NCBI GenBank assembly: GCA_964016885.1
Contig: OZ024742.1
Location: forward strand, 259,966,001-260,030,000
Direction of reading: 5' to 3'
DNA: 64,000 nt
Origin: Eledone cirrhosa
Taxonomy: Eukaryota
The notes below the pieces were generated by a model, which did not search any database, was not told the DNA's origin, and saw nothing but the letters and a program-made list of their open reading frames with translations. This document shows positions 42,896-55,985 of the stretch, piece by piece. How positions within the stretch are numbered: the first letter of the stretch is position 1; each line of letters starts with the position of its first letter. The position numbers were made by a program, and so were the translations under genes.

Positions 42896-43664
42896 GGGAG
42901 GGAGTGAGATAGCAATGGGGGTGGATAGAGGGACTGAGAGAGGGGGGTAGAGTGAATGAAAAGGGAGATAGAGGGGCAGGGGGGGTAGAGTGAAGGGTAG
43001 AGTGTGTGGTAGCGGGTGTAATTGGACTGAGAGGGAAATAGAAAGAGGAGGGGATAGAGAGAGGAGGTAGAAAGCCAGAGAGGAGGGGTAGTGTAGAAGG
43101 GATAAAGATACTAAGAGAGGTGTAGAAACTGAGAAAGGGGTAGAGGGACTGGGAAAGAGGGGGTAGACAGAAAGACTGAGGTAGAGACAAACAGACAGAT
43201 AGGGGGGAAACAAAGACACAGACAGACAGGTAGATACAAAGAAAGACATAAAAGGTAGAGAAAGAGAGAAAGAGAGAGAGACAGACAGACAGACACAAAA
43301 GAATGAAATTGAGGGAAAGAGAGTGAGTGAGAGAAGAAGGAAGAGAGATAGAGTGTGTGAGGAAAGGAGGGATAGAGAAAGAAAACATGTAAGGGAAAGA
43401 GAGAGAGTAAGAGAGAGAGTGTGTGAGGGAAAGAGAGAGAGTGTGTGAGGGAAAGAGAGAGAGTGTGTGAGGGAAAGAGAGAGAGTGTGTGAGGGAAAGA
43501 GAGAAAGTGTGTGAGGGAAAGAGAGTGTGAGAGAGTCTTTTATTTGTGAAATCTATGAGAATAACAGAATAGAATTTGAAAATGCTGATAGTGCAAAGCA
43601 AAACATACCTATTTAATGACATTCTCTCATTGTTGTTCATGTAACCAATAAAAGAAATTACTAT

Positions 43665-43859
43665 TATCATCATCATCACCATCATTACAGTATACCAACA
43701 TTGTTATCATCATTGCCATTATCACTATCATCATCATCATACCACCATCTTTATCATCATTGCCATTATCACCATCATCACAATCATCATCATCATCATC
43801 ATCGTCATCATCATTATCATCATGCCACCATTTTATCATCACCATCATTATCATTGTGG

Positions 43860-43891
<32 letters not shown>

Positions 43892-44052
43892 CCATTATCA
43901 TCATCAGCATCATTATCATCACCATCATCATTGTTACTATCACCACCACCATCATCATTTTCACTATTATCATCTTCATTGTCATTACCATCACTATCAT
44001 CATCATGATCAGCATAACTACCAACATCATTATCATCATTATTAGTATCATT
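43665..44052. repeat. (CAT)n-derived low-complexity tract
   Basis: Degenerate CAT/CAC/TAT triplets. Confidence 0.9.
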
Positions 44053-44074
44053 ATGATTTTCTATATTTATTAGT

Positions 44075-44580
44075 ATTTGGGAAAACTTGGGTGCCCTCGT
44101 GAGTTTGTTGGAATATTCAGAAAACTCCATCAAAATATGAAAGCAAAAGTGAACTTCAATGGGACACTTTCAGTGCCAATTTCAGTGGCATAAGGTGTCA
44201 AGCAAAGCGACATTCCTGTACCCACTCTGTCCTGTTTTCCATCTACTTTGCTGTGCTGCTGACATATGCTTTCCAAGAATTTGAAATCGGTCTAAATTTG
44301 CAAATTAGAACCTCTGGCAAAGTCTTTAATCTAAAACAGTTTAACTCCAAGTCCAAAACATTTGGCACATGAAGTTCCTGTTTTCTGATGATGCAGATTT
44401 TGTGGCACACACTGTAGAAGACATGCAGTTAATATTGGACACCTTTTCCAATGCATGCACTATGTTTGGGCTAAATATTAGTATAAAAAAAGACAAAATT
44501 CATCCACCAGTTGGAGAAGTGTATGTGGAGCTAGACATTTTCAGGAGAGGAAAAAGACTTGAGGTGGTGAACAGATCACC
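44075..44580 (+). mobile_element. Degenerate RTE-clade reverse transcriptase fragment
   Basis: GVKQ-like motif at about 44194, then FLFSDDADFVAH..DMQ..FGLNISIKK. Confidence 0.8.
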
Positions 44581-44587
44581 AATATGG

Positions 44588-44642
44588 ACTGCCTGAAGAG
44601 GTCACAGCCAATGATGGCTGTCACCGAAATATATATAGCAGT
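44588..44642 (+). ncRNA. Type I hammerhead ribozyme motif (family 4)
   Basis: ACTGC-CTGAAGA-GGTcACAGCCA atga TGGCTGTcACC-GAAA-TATATA-TA-GCAGT, followed by AATAAA and (TA)n. Confidence 0.88.
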
Positions 44643-44692
44643 AATTTTTATTTTATAATAAACGAACCCAAATTTTACATATTTGACTTAAT

Positions 44693-44728
<36 letters not shown>

Positions 44729-44859
44729 TTCAACAGTTGTCTATATCTGTATATGCATCAACAGATGTTTAAGACAGATTTGGTTCAAGTCATACTAGAT
44801 ATGTGCTGAGTGAACATACATTTTGGTAGTTATATATATAAATCCAAACATTTTGTTGC

Positions 44860-44948
<89 letters not shown>

Positions 44949-45724
44949 CTCTCTCTCTCATCTCATCTTATCTCACAGTTATAAATATAGAGCTGTTTCT
45001 TGCTAGATGTTGCTCTACATATTGCCCTAAATCATTGTTGATATGTTCCAGTAATCCTGGAACTTTTGTTAGTAGTTAACCTTTTCATTACTATATTTCT
45101 AATAAAAGATACTGTCTCTGTCATGAACCTTTTCATTACCATGTTTCCAATGAGAGACACTGTCTTTGTCTTGAACCCTTTCGTTATCATATTTCTAATG
45201 AAAGACACTGCCTATGTCATTAATCCTTGTGTTACCATATTTTTAATGAAAAATATTGCCTATGATTTTGAAAATAATAAATGTTCAGAGAGTTACTTTT
45301 TCTTTATAAAGCTGGTATTCAGACCATAACTAAATAAATGTTCTTAGATGAAATTATAATGGAATTTTTAGATAAATATAAACATTTAAAAAAGAAAAGA
45401 GTTTTCTATCATGGTGCCAAATGTAGTATCAGGTGATGTGGTATCAAAAGGGTTCAGGCATCTTGCTGTGTCTCTTTCCTTCTTTTTATCCTTCTATATA
45501 CACTTTTCTTCTTTTCTTTCTTTCTCCCTTTCCCTTTTTTTTTTCATTCTCTCTCTCCCTCTCTCTCCCTCTCTTTCTCTCTCTCACTCATTCACTCCTA
45601 GAGGGGCAGTGCCATGATTTAATTGATCATATAGACCACATTACTCATTTTTCAAGTATCTAATTTTTCAATCCCTTGTTTGTATCAAACAGTTAAGTAA
45701 CAGGACATAAACATAGACACATGA

Positions 45725-45761
<37 letters not shown>

Positions 45762-46489
45762 TATGTGTGTGTTGTGTGTGTGTGCGCATGCCATATAATT
45801 CAATGTATACATGCATGCTTGCATCTATATGATTTATAGTTATGTATGAATTTTATTTTTTAATCAGACCAAGAAATCCCTAATGATTCAGGTGTTGGAC
45901 TTACCAAGTTGTGGTTTCAATTCCAGAGCTGGTCTTGGGCTAGACACTTCAATTTACATTGCTTTTCATGATAGGATACCTGAGATACAGCCTTGTAAGA
46001 GGCCAACTAAACTTACATAGATGCGAGGTGTAACAACAACATGATAGAACTGGGGCCTCTATCATTAAACACTCAAGAAATTTCCTTTGAGATGCAACTT
46101 CATAGAAGGCCAGCTTAACCTTCACAGGTACGAGATGTAACTTGATAGGACTGGGGTCCCTATCATTAAAACACTCAAGAAACTTCCTTTGAAATGCAAC
46201 TTCCTAGAAGGCCAGCTAAAAATGCTTAGGTGTGAACTATAACATATTATGTCTGAGACCACTATTATAAAAACACGAGAAACCTCCTATCATCATCATC
46301 ATCATTTCATTTTACGTCCGCTTTTCCCTGCTTGCAAGAGTGGGACGGGAACTGATTCTGGCTTGATTTCTACAGCCCTTCCTAACACCAACCTCATTTA
46401 CAGTGAGTGCTGGGTGCTTTTTTGCCGTGGCACCTCCACGACCACTTTGCAGTGGAATGATAGGGACCCCAGTCCCTATCATCTCATTT

Positions 46490-46625
46490 CTACAGCTGAG
46501 TAAACTGGAGCAATGTGAAATAAAGTGTCTTGCTCAAGGAAACAACACATCACCCGGTCTGAGAATTGAACTCACAACCTTTCGATTGCAAGGCCAATGC
46601 TCTAGCCACTGAGCCATGTGCCTCC
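46490..46625 (-). mobile_element. tRNA-derived SINE head
   Basis: gtgtcttgctcaagga.acaac...gaattgaactcacaacc...tagccactgagccat (reverse A/B boxes). Confidence 0.75.
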
Positions 46626-46991
46626 ATGAGGTTCATTATTTTCACTCATTTCAACAGTAACAATAGTTTTGACTAATGAAAACAAATGTCAAGAGGAAAA
46701 TACTTGTTACAACTTGAAGAAACAGCAAGATTAAGTCTGGCAATTAAAACAAAGTGTGGACAAATTCATTAAACGTTCATGGAAACGCTATCAAGTTTAC
46801 TTTAGCAAACAGAAAGAGAATGTGTGTCACAAAGAAATCCACTTGATGTATCCTGCTATTGTTGTCTTAGATAAAATGTTTTATTTTAAGACAAGCTTTC
46901 CATGACAACACCTAATACTGGCAGAAATTTTCCCCAACTTCACAAGATAAATGTCTTGTGAAGTTCTCTCGCTCTCTCTCTCTCTCTCTCA

Positions 46992-47024
<33 letters not shown>

Positions 47025-48164
47025 TTCTCCCTCCTTTTTCTTCTCTGTCTCCTCTTCCTTCTTTCTCTTTTTTTTCTCTTATATATATATATATTCGTAT
47101 ATGTATATATATAGTTCAAGAATAAATGAGACAAACACAGAAAGGCAATAACAAAATCTTATTAAGTTCACACTTGGGAATAAAGATAAAGAAAAGAAGA
47201 AGAAAATAAATGTCTCAATGTATTGGACAAAAGTCTTTCATCAGAAAAGAGTGAAGTTCAAAGAAAGAGAGAAGGTTGGAGAACTGGAGGTTGGTAGGTT
47301 GCAGAGAGAAAATAAAAAAAACTATTTTTTAAGATGGGTGAGGAGGGCAGGCAAGTAGTCTAGATGCAGGAGGTGGGGGAGTGTCCAGGTGTATCATTGG
47401 CAATGTTACGTGTGTGCAAATGGAGTGCATTTTGTCGGTGTACATCATTTATCCTTTGGGGAGTGTGTTTTGTGTATCATTGATGAAAGTGTGCATGCAT
47501 ATATTTCTATATGCATGTGTGTCCGAAATTTTTATGTATTTTTATGTCTGTGTATGTTTATATGTATGAGTGTGGGTGTGGGTATGTTTATGTGTGTGTA
47601 TATTTATATGTATGAATGTGGGTATGTTTATATGTGTGTATGTTTATATGTGTGGCTGTGGGTATGTTTACATGTGTGTATGTTTATATGTATGAGTGTG
47701 GGTGTGGGTATGTTTATGTGTGTATACACATGTGTTTGTGAATTTTTTATGTATTTTTATGTGTACATGTATGTACACATTTATGTGTAAGTATGCTTAT
47801 GTAGGAATGTGTGGGGGTGTTTATAGGTGTTATCAGTGTGGGGGTGTTTATAGGTGTTATCAGTGTGTGTGTGTGTGTTTGGGTGAGATATTAGTTTGTG
47901 TATGTGAGTGTGTTTATGCATGTGTGTGCATAAGCTTGTATAACTGTCTGTATCCCCGTGTCTGGTAGAATCCAAGGTTGAAATTGAAGTATACAATGGA
48001 ATGGGTGTGTGGGGGTCAATGTTGTGTCATTCCAGGAAGTGGCTGGAGTGGGTAGAGTGGCCTTGTGCAGCACACTAAGAAATTGGTATGTAGTATATAT
48101 CACAGAAGGACGGGGTGAAGAGGTAGAGTAGTTATAAGGGTCAGGTGATCTGTTGTGCCTGTTT

Positions 48165-48705
48165 GTGGTGGTGGTGGTGGTGGTGGTGTTAGTGGTCTTC
48201 ACTGTCGTGGTCGTCAATGTCGTTGTGTCGGTGGTGGTGTTGGTGGCGGTGGTGGTGCTGGTGCTGGTGCTGGCACTGGTGGTGGTGGTGGTGGTGGTGG
48301 TGGTGTAGGCGGTGGTGGAGGTGGTGCTTGTAGTGGTGTTGATGGTGGTGCTGGTGGCAGCGCTGCTGATGGTGCTGGTGGTCGTTGTTGTAGTGGTGGT
48401 AGTGGTAGTGGTGGTGGTGTTGGTGGCGGTGGTGATGCTGGTGCTGGTGCTGGCACTGGTGGTAGTGGTGGTGGCAGTTGTGGTGGTGGTGGCAGTGGTG
48501 CTTGTGGTGCTTGTAGTGGTGTTGATGGTGGTGCTGCTGCTGCTGCTGCTGATGGTGCTGCTGGTGCTGGTGGTGCTGGTGGTCGTTGTTGTGGTGGTGG
48601 TAGTGGTATTGGTGGCGGTAGTGGTAGTGGTGGTGGTGCTGGTGCTGGTCATCATTGTCATGGTGGTGGCGGTGGTGCTGGTCTTTGTCATTGTTGTCGT
48701 CATGG
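48165..48705. repeat. (GGT)n-derived low-complexity tract with an internal duplication of about 180 bp
   Basis: Degenerate GGT/GCT triplets; block repeated at about 48232 and 48412. Confidence 0.85.
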
Positions 48706-49240
48706 CTGTGTGTGTACCGAGAGTATAGTAGTGTTGGTGTTGTGTTAGTTGGCCATGTTAGTATAGTTAGTTGGTCAATAAATTAGTAGTGTTAATATAA
48801 TTAAATTCATATTGGTGTAACTAATTAATTAGTTGTATTGGTTAATGTGTGATTTTGTATCTATGTGTGTTAGTGTGTCTATGTAGTCATGTGAGTGGGT
48901 GTGTTTATGAAGATGGTCATAGGTGGTTGGGGTAGTGCATGAGTGTTAGTGTGAGAATGGATAGGAGGTGGGTACTAGGAAAGAGTGGAATATAGGAAAA
49001 GGGATCTTATGAATTATCAAAGCACTAGATGATTTGAAATTTAAAATGTGAGAATCCCAAATGCAGAAAATAACTCAGCTAACAGCTACTATTAGCAGCT
49101 ACTGCCCACTTTTTTCAGTTTCTTGGGGTATTTTACCCACCTTCTCAGCTATTTTTATAGCAGTTGACTGTTGTTAAAGTTATTTTCTGCATTTGGGTTT
49201 CCCACATTTTCAAATTATATATATATATATATATGTATAT

Positions 49241-49415
49241 CCCAGGTTCAATCGGGGGTAACCACAGTAAGTAAGGTACTCAATACATAGCAGAGTATAA
49301 ATATTTAATATAGAAATGGCTTCTACAGGACTTGAACTGTTTCATTCGAAGGAAATCATCCTGATGATTTCCTTCAAATGAAACAGTTCTAGTCCTATAG
49401 AAGCCATTTCTATAT
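49241..49415 (-). mobile_element. Third family 1 pLTR fold-back island
   Basis: Palindrome 49308-49415 centred at catc|ct|gatg, in (TA)n. Confidence 0.75.
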
Positions 49416-50084
49416 TTATATATATATATATATATTATATATATATGGGAGAGAGAGAGGGGGGGGGCAAGAGACGGACAGATGGAGAGATATGGGTACC
49501 CAACTTGTCTCTTTTCTTCTGTCTCTAGGGTTTATATACCACACTTGTTATCAAATGTTCTTCCATGATAGAAGATTTTATATATACTTTAACCATATGG
49601 GTACCATGTTTCTAATAAAATACACTGCCTATGATTTTCAAATATTTTTGAAAATAATCAAGAATTAGGAAGGATTTAGTAGTATAACTAACTTTCTCGT
49701 TATTGAGCTGGTGGTTGGAATATGACAAAGGTTCTTACATAATGGAATGTTTTTAGATAAATATAAATATTTGTAGAAGCAAGGGTGGTTTCAGGTCTTT
49801 TGGTATAATTTGGGTTAATACTCCTGTTGCTGATGATGATGAAGAGGATGATTGTATTAGCAAGGTACAGTTGAGAAGTGAAGTGAAGATAGAGGGAAGG
49901 TAACCTGTGTGTCAAGGGACATAACTATGACAGAACAGAATATAAAGAAGCTTCTATGTAATTATTCAACTTGCTAGAAATAGCAGCTAAATTTCATTTA
50001 AATCCCACTCCTTATTATTTTTAAAATATATCTAAAATTACATTGAATAATGTAGTATGTATGCTGGTATACATTCACACATAC

Positions 50085-50460
50085 ATACATGATGGCTACA
50101 TCTCGTTTTCAAGAATAGCCATCATTTGATCCTTTCTCACACATGGGTGGCATGAACATGACTTTTTAGCCCTGCCAAGGATTACATTCATTTCTGCATA
50201 TACTGTGGCAAAAAAAGAAAAGCCTTTTTTGGCTATGACCAGCCACACTCTTGCAACATACGTTTAAGTTGTTTAAATCAAGTGATGCCTGTGCTTGTAG
50301 CTTTTTTTAAGTGAAGAAAACCTTGCATCGAACCACTACCACTGTCTGAACAACTGTGATAGGTATCCAAAAAGAAGAATGGGTCTACATGAGTAGCTGC
50401 CATCAAGTCGCAGGTGTTACATCAGAATTTTCCTTCTAGAATGATGTACTAACATGGTCT
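50085..50460 (-). mobile_element. RTE-like 3' end with (GTAT)n tail, degenerate
   Basis: Reverse strand encodes LAGLKSH; terminus ...gccatcat(gtat)n is shared with the copy at 52748. Confidence 0.6.
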
Positions 50461-50684
50461 AGTGGTCTGTCAGTCTCAGTGAAATAACTGCATAAACAAG
50501 CACCAAACCAAGTATTTCTATGTTACTGCACATATCTACATACATACACATACATACATACACATGCATACATTCACACACACACACATATACATACACA
50601 CATACATACACACACATACATACACATACATAATACATACATGCCCACACACAAACACACATACATACATACATACATGCATAG

Positions 50685-51090
50685 TCGCTCAGCAGTATCG
50701 CAGTGAATCCATGGATGAAAAACTGCATGCCTATCAGCAAAAAATCATGCATGGCTATGTTGCCAGGAAGCTCCAGAGTGAGAGTAATATAGATAAGGAA
50801 AGTAGTCTATCTTGGACGAACAACCGCTATATTGGCTCCCACTTTGAAGGATACACTTTTGCAATCCAGGAACAGGAGATTAGCACGAAATACCTGATTC
50901 ACAAAAGAGATAGGGATGCAGGCAAAATACCTAGATGTGATAACAAGTGCAGACTCTGCAGAACTAACATCGAGGATATCACCCATGTCATCAACAGCTG
51001 TCCAAAGATGTCATCGCGGTACTATCTACCTATGAGGCATGATGTAGTGGCCAAAACACTATACAATGTGAAATTATAAAACCAGAAGAA
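50685..51090 (+). mobile_element. R4/Dong-type (RLE) non-LTR fragment: CCHC knuckle plus RHD motif, joined to the 3' terminus
   Basis: [37 protein letters not shown]. Confidence 0.85.
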
Positions 51091-51229
51091 CATACATACA
51101 TACATACATACATACACACACACATACATACATACACACACACATACATACATACATCCATACATACATACTCTTTTATTCTTTTACTTGTTCTAGCCTT
51201 CTGGCCATGCTGGGGCACATATATGTATA

Positions 51230-52610
51230 TAACTTATCTTCTTCCTGAAGTTAAAAAACAAAGAAGGAGGACTATATTGTCACTGATAAAATAGACTATT
51301 GCAGGGGTATATTTCAAGGAGACAATCACTCTATGATGCTATTTATACTGTCAGTAACCCCCTTTGTTCTTTATGCAGGGGAATTATGAATGAAATGTGA
51401 TTGGTTCACAGGAGGCCAGAAACACAAACCTAACACATAACTTCTTTATGGATGATCTGAAACTTTATGCCAAATCTATATATGGTATGAAGAAAAACCT
51501 TCACTTGGTTATGACATTCTCAAAAGATATAAGAATGAAGTTTGGCCAGGATAAAAGTTCTTATATGATTGTAAAGTGAGGATAAACTACAACCCAATCT
51601 AGCAATATTTCTATCAATGGCCTAATTATTTCACCAGTATCTGATGAAATAGGGATAGATGAAAATATATCATATGATGGTATTTGTAACAAGGAATGAG
51701 TAACCAGGGAATATAACACGCGAATAAAAAAATATTGTACACTCTCTGTGCACAATAAATCAGTGACCCACAATATGTTTGCTGAGCCTGTGCAACATTT
51801 GGACTACATGATTGGATACTAGATAAGATCTGACCCATTGCTATTAAAACCCAAAAAGTTCTAACTGGTACTGTAAATTTCCACATCAACAGTGACATAG
51901 GGAGGCAGAGGCTTACCATCAACCTAAACAGCTTTTGAGTGTCACAACATATCCCTCCAACAACATCTACAAACAAAGTGTAGAAGCCCATCCATAGAAA
52001 ATATCTGTCTACATGAGACAGATAACCTCATAAAAGTTGGGAAGGAGCTCCTTGAGAAATACTCCCTGCATGATGACCAAGATCTCACACCCAGGAAAAT
52101 TGCACAGCAACACTGCAATGAATCCATAGATGAAAAGCTACTTACTTATTAGCAAAAAATCATACATAGCTATGTTGCCAGAGAGCATTAAAGTGAGAAT
52201 AATATAGATAAGCAAAGTAATTTATCTAGGACCAACAACCAGTATATTAGCTCTCACTTCGAAGGATATGTTTTTGCAATCCAAGAACTGGAAATAAACA
52301 AAATACCTGATGCACAAATGATATAGACATGCAGGCAAAACACCGAGATGTGACAGCAGATGCCAACTCTGCTGAATGAACATCAAGGATGTTACCTACA
52401 TCATAAGTAGGTGTCCAAAGATGTCATCACAATACTATCTCCCTATGAGACATGATGTAGTTACCAAAACATTATATAATGCAATCAGTAAAAAGGATAA
52501 TCCTGAGAATAAAAGTATAGAAAGTTAGTGATGTGGAAGGCATATGCATACGTAATATGAAAGAGTGCTGGTGGAATGTTCCAGTCAAAACTCCAATGAA
52601 AGAGTTTTGT
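51230..52610 (+). mobile_element. R4/Dong-type fragment: RT through zinc knuckle, with many stops
   Basis: RGIFQGD, HNFFMDDLKLYA, FSKDIRMKFGQDK; second copy of the knuckle region at 52100-52480. Confidence 0.85.
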
Positions 52611-52747
52611 TTCTATGTTGGAATATTAAAACGAGAACATACATATGTACATATGTGCATACATACATACATACATACATACATACATACATACATACAT
52701 ACATACATACATACATACATACATACATACATACATACATACATACA

Positions 52748-52879
52748 TGATGGCTGCCCCCTCGTTATTGAGTATGGCCATTGCAGTAGAAAAAAAATAT
52801 ATATATATATATATTAATAACAATAATAATAATAATAACAACAATAATAATAACGACAACAACAACAATAATAACATAC

Positions 52880-52910
<31 letters not shown>

Positions 52911-53482
52911 TAAACATATCTATACACACACACACACGATAGCTACTAACAGCGCTGCGATCGAATGTGGGTTTTTAGCCCAGCCAATGTTCTAAAATGT
53001 CTTGCACAGAGTCGGCAACCAAAACATTCACTTGGAATAGTTGGCTGCAGTTGGAGTTCATGTACTTTTGCATGTCGTATGAGCCTTCCTGCTGATTTAC
53101 ATTCTCTACCACATGCTTGGCAAGCATGATGAGTAGCATCTCCAACAGCAGCCTGGTAGTCAACCACTGGTCTTACTTTATGACTGTGAAGATGACTTTC
53201 GAGTCCAGCTTTGCTTAGGCAGAGTCTCGCACAGACGCTGCATGTCAGCACCATAGGAGGACCCTCGCCATCTGGAAGTGCAACAGCAATGCCCTTCCTC
53301 ACATCCCGCTTTACTTTCTCGATTCGAGATGCCTCAAAGGCAACTTTTCCCTCATATACAGTCTTTCTCCATTTATTACGATCAGCAGCAATATTTTCCC
53401 ATGTATCAGCAGAGATGTTAGCGTCTTTCAAAGAAGCTTTCAAGGAATCCTTATACCTCTTTTTTGGTTTATATGGCGATCG
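52748..53482 (-). mobile_element. RTE-clade 3' end with three C2H2 zinc fingers and (GTAT)n tail
   Basis: PKKRYKDSLK..WENIAADRNKWR; CSVC..H..H, CQAC..H..H, CRLC..H. Confidence 0.85.
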
Positions 53483-53514
53483 TACATACATACATATATA
53501 CATACATATATAGA

Positions 53515-54405
53515 TACTAGATATAATGATATGGGACAGGAAAAAGAAGGCATGCTGCCCAGCAGATGCCAATATAATATTAAAGATTAACGAAAAGGAG
53601 AATATTTATGCAGAACTAATGAGAAATTTTCAGATACTCCACCCTGACTATACCTTCAGATTTATACCTGTGGTTATTGGGACACTGAGATATGTTAGTA
53701 ACTGCCTCAGTACAAATCTTGAGAAGCTGGGCTTCACAGAAACAGAAAGAACACAACTAGTTAGAAAATTACAAGTACAATCCATTAATGGAACAGTAAA
53801 AATATGTAAGACATTTCAAAAATTCTGCATCTAATAACTCCATGTACACATGTACAGATACAAAGCATATGCACATGCACATGTATAACTCAAAACATAC
53901 ACCTCTACACATACAATAACATCCATATCTACACATGCATGCATACATACATATCTACCTAGTTGATGTTGTGTAAATTCCAATGAGAGAGTCTTGTGCT
54001 TATGTTAGAAACCGACTCTCTCTCTCTATTGGTAAACATTTGTGAAATTATAAAACCAGAAGAACATACATACATAGAGAATAAATATATAAAAAGTTAG
54101 TGATGTGGTGGATATATGTATACATAATATGAAAAAGTACTGGTAGAATGTTCCAGTGAAAACACAACAAAATGCAAACATAACAGAGCAGACATAGTGC
54201 TATGGGATATAAAAAAGAAGGCGTGCACAGTAGTGGAAACCAACTGCCCAACAGAACTGCTGCCCAATATAATGTCAATGATTAGTGAAAAGGAAAACAT
54301 TTATGCTGAACTAATGAGGTATCTGCAGAAACTCCACCTTGACTATACTTTTAGGTTTATACCTTTGATTATTGGGGCTCTAGGATATGTTACTAACAGC
54401 CTATA
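53515..54405 (+). mobile_element. R4/Dong-type RLE domain and 3' UTR (ends 54064), plus a further RLE fragment (54080-54405)
   Basis: D-I-x-x-WD..EK..Y..FIPVVIGTL / IPLIIGALG; 3' hairpin ccaatgagagagtc..gactctctc..attgg. Confidence 0.8.
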
Positions 54406-54906
54406 ATGGGGCACTCAATTTAAAAAACAATTTGACAAAGTTTAAAGGGTCCCTAAAAAGGAGGAGGTCTATATCAAATGCTACTCTCAGTAATAGGGTA
54501 AGCCATCACTATAACATATAGTAGCACATCTATTAAGTACTTCAGGAAACTGCACTCATTGCTTGCTGTCCTAGGGTTGTACTGATGACTATTAGAAGGA
54601 TATCATTTTATTTCACATGATTTTGCTTACACAGACATATATACCATACCATAACATATGGTAGCTAGGTCACTGGAAAAACAAGTTAATGACTTGTTGA
54701 GGAGTTTAGGGGTCAGAGGGTGATATTAAGGGACACATTAAGTCAATGGTAGAGGGAGGGTAGAGAGATTGTGAGGGTGCTGAGGGTATGAGGTGAAGTG
54801 GGAGTGGAGGGTGGGGGAGAATGAAAGTGCCAGATACCTTGGACTGTAGATGATAAGAATGAGGGAAAAGGGAAGGAGAGATAAAGGAAGAGGGAGAAGA
54901 GAGGAG

Positions 54907-54964
<58 letters not shown>

Positions 54965-55719
54965 GTGCTAAACAGTTCCAAAAGAGAAAGAAAGAAAGAA
55001 ATGAAAGAAAATGATAAATAAGGGATGTAGGAAGAGAGGAGAGGTAAGCTCTACTGCTGCTAAAGTATCTGACCTTTTGTAAAGGACATGTGAGGGAGGA
55101 GGGGGAGGAGATGATGAATAGTAACTAATTACTTACAAGTTTATGAGTCATGTAAATTATTGAACCTACTCTCCCCTTACCTAACTACCTACCCACCTAC
55201 CAACCTATCTACCCACCTATTTACCAGCCTATATATCCTCCTACCTACCAACCTACCTCCCTACATACCAATCTACTTCCCTACACACCTACCTATCAAT
55301 CTATCTATCTATCTATTTACCTGCCAACCTATATAGTTACCTACCTACATACCAGCCCATCTATCTTCCTACTTCCCCACATACCTGCCTACCTATTTAT
55401 CTACCAACCTACCTAACTAACTACCTACCATCCTACATAACTACCTACCAACATACCCACCTGCCTACCTGAAACTCCCACCCCCATACAAAACCACCTG
55501 TTTTAAAATGTTTATCATAATTTCATGTAGGAATTTTTTAAGTAATGTTCCAAACATCAACTTATTTTATTAAATTCTTCCAAATTTTCTAAGTATTTTC
55601 AAAATAGCTGAAGATCACCAGTTGTTTAAGTACTGCCCACTTCCTGATTGGTCCACCATTAAACCTATAGTAATGGATATGTGATGTACTGCATCCCCTA
55701 ACTTCTCCCTGAAGGCAGC

Positions 55720-55985
55720 ACATTGGCAGAACGTTGGATAGAGTGTTTTATGGTATTCGTTCTGACTCTCTGAGTTCAAATCCCACTGAGGTTAACTTTG
55801 CCTTTCATCCTTTTGAGGTTAATAAAAATAGTACCAGTCTAGTACTGGGGTCGATTCTTCCTCTCTCTGGACGAAATCTGCTGTAGTCAGGCCTGGAGAG
55901 AGATGGGCTTCGCCAGGCTTAAAATACCCAAGAAATGCTGTGTCATTACAGCGCCCCTACAACTCTATCAGGCATTACGGGACCA
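55720..55985 (+). mobile_element. SINE A-related head with a distinct tail; paralogue at about 21690-21965
   Basis: Family A core followed by cag.cctggagagaga.tgggct..ccagg. Confidence 0.65.

Noticed and set aside
43627-44133. Asp/His-rich ORFs
   Set aside because: (CAT)n low-complexity tract read in multiple frames
47891-48748. Gly-rich or Thr-rich structural-protein-like ORFs
   Set aside because: (GGT)n-derived tract open in several frames on both strands; no gene context
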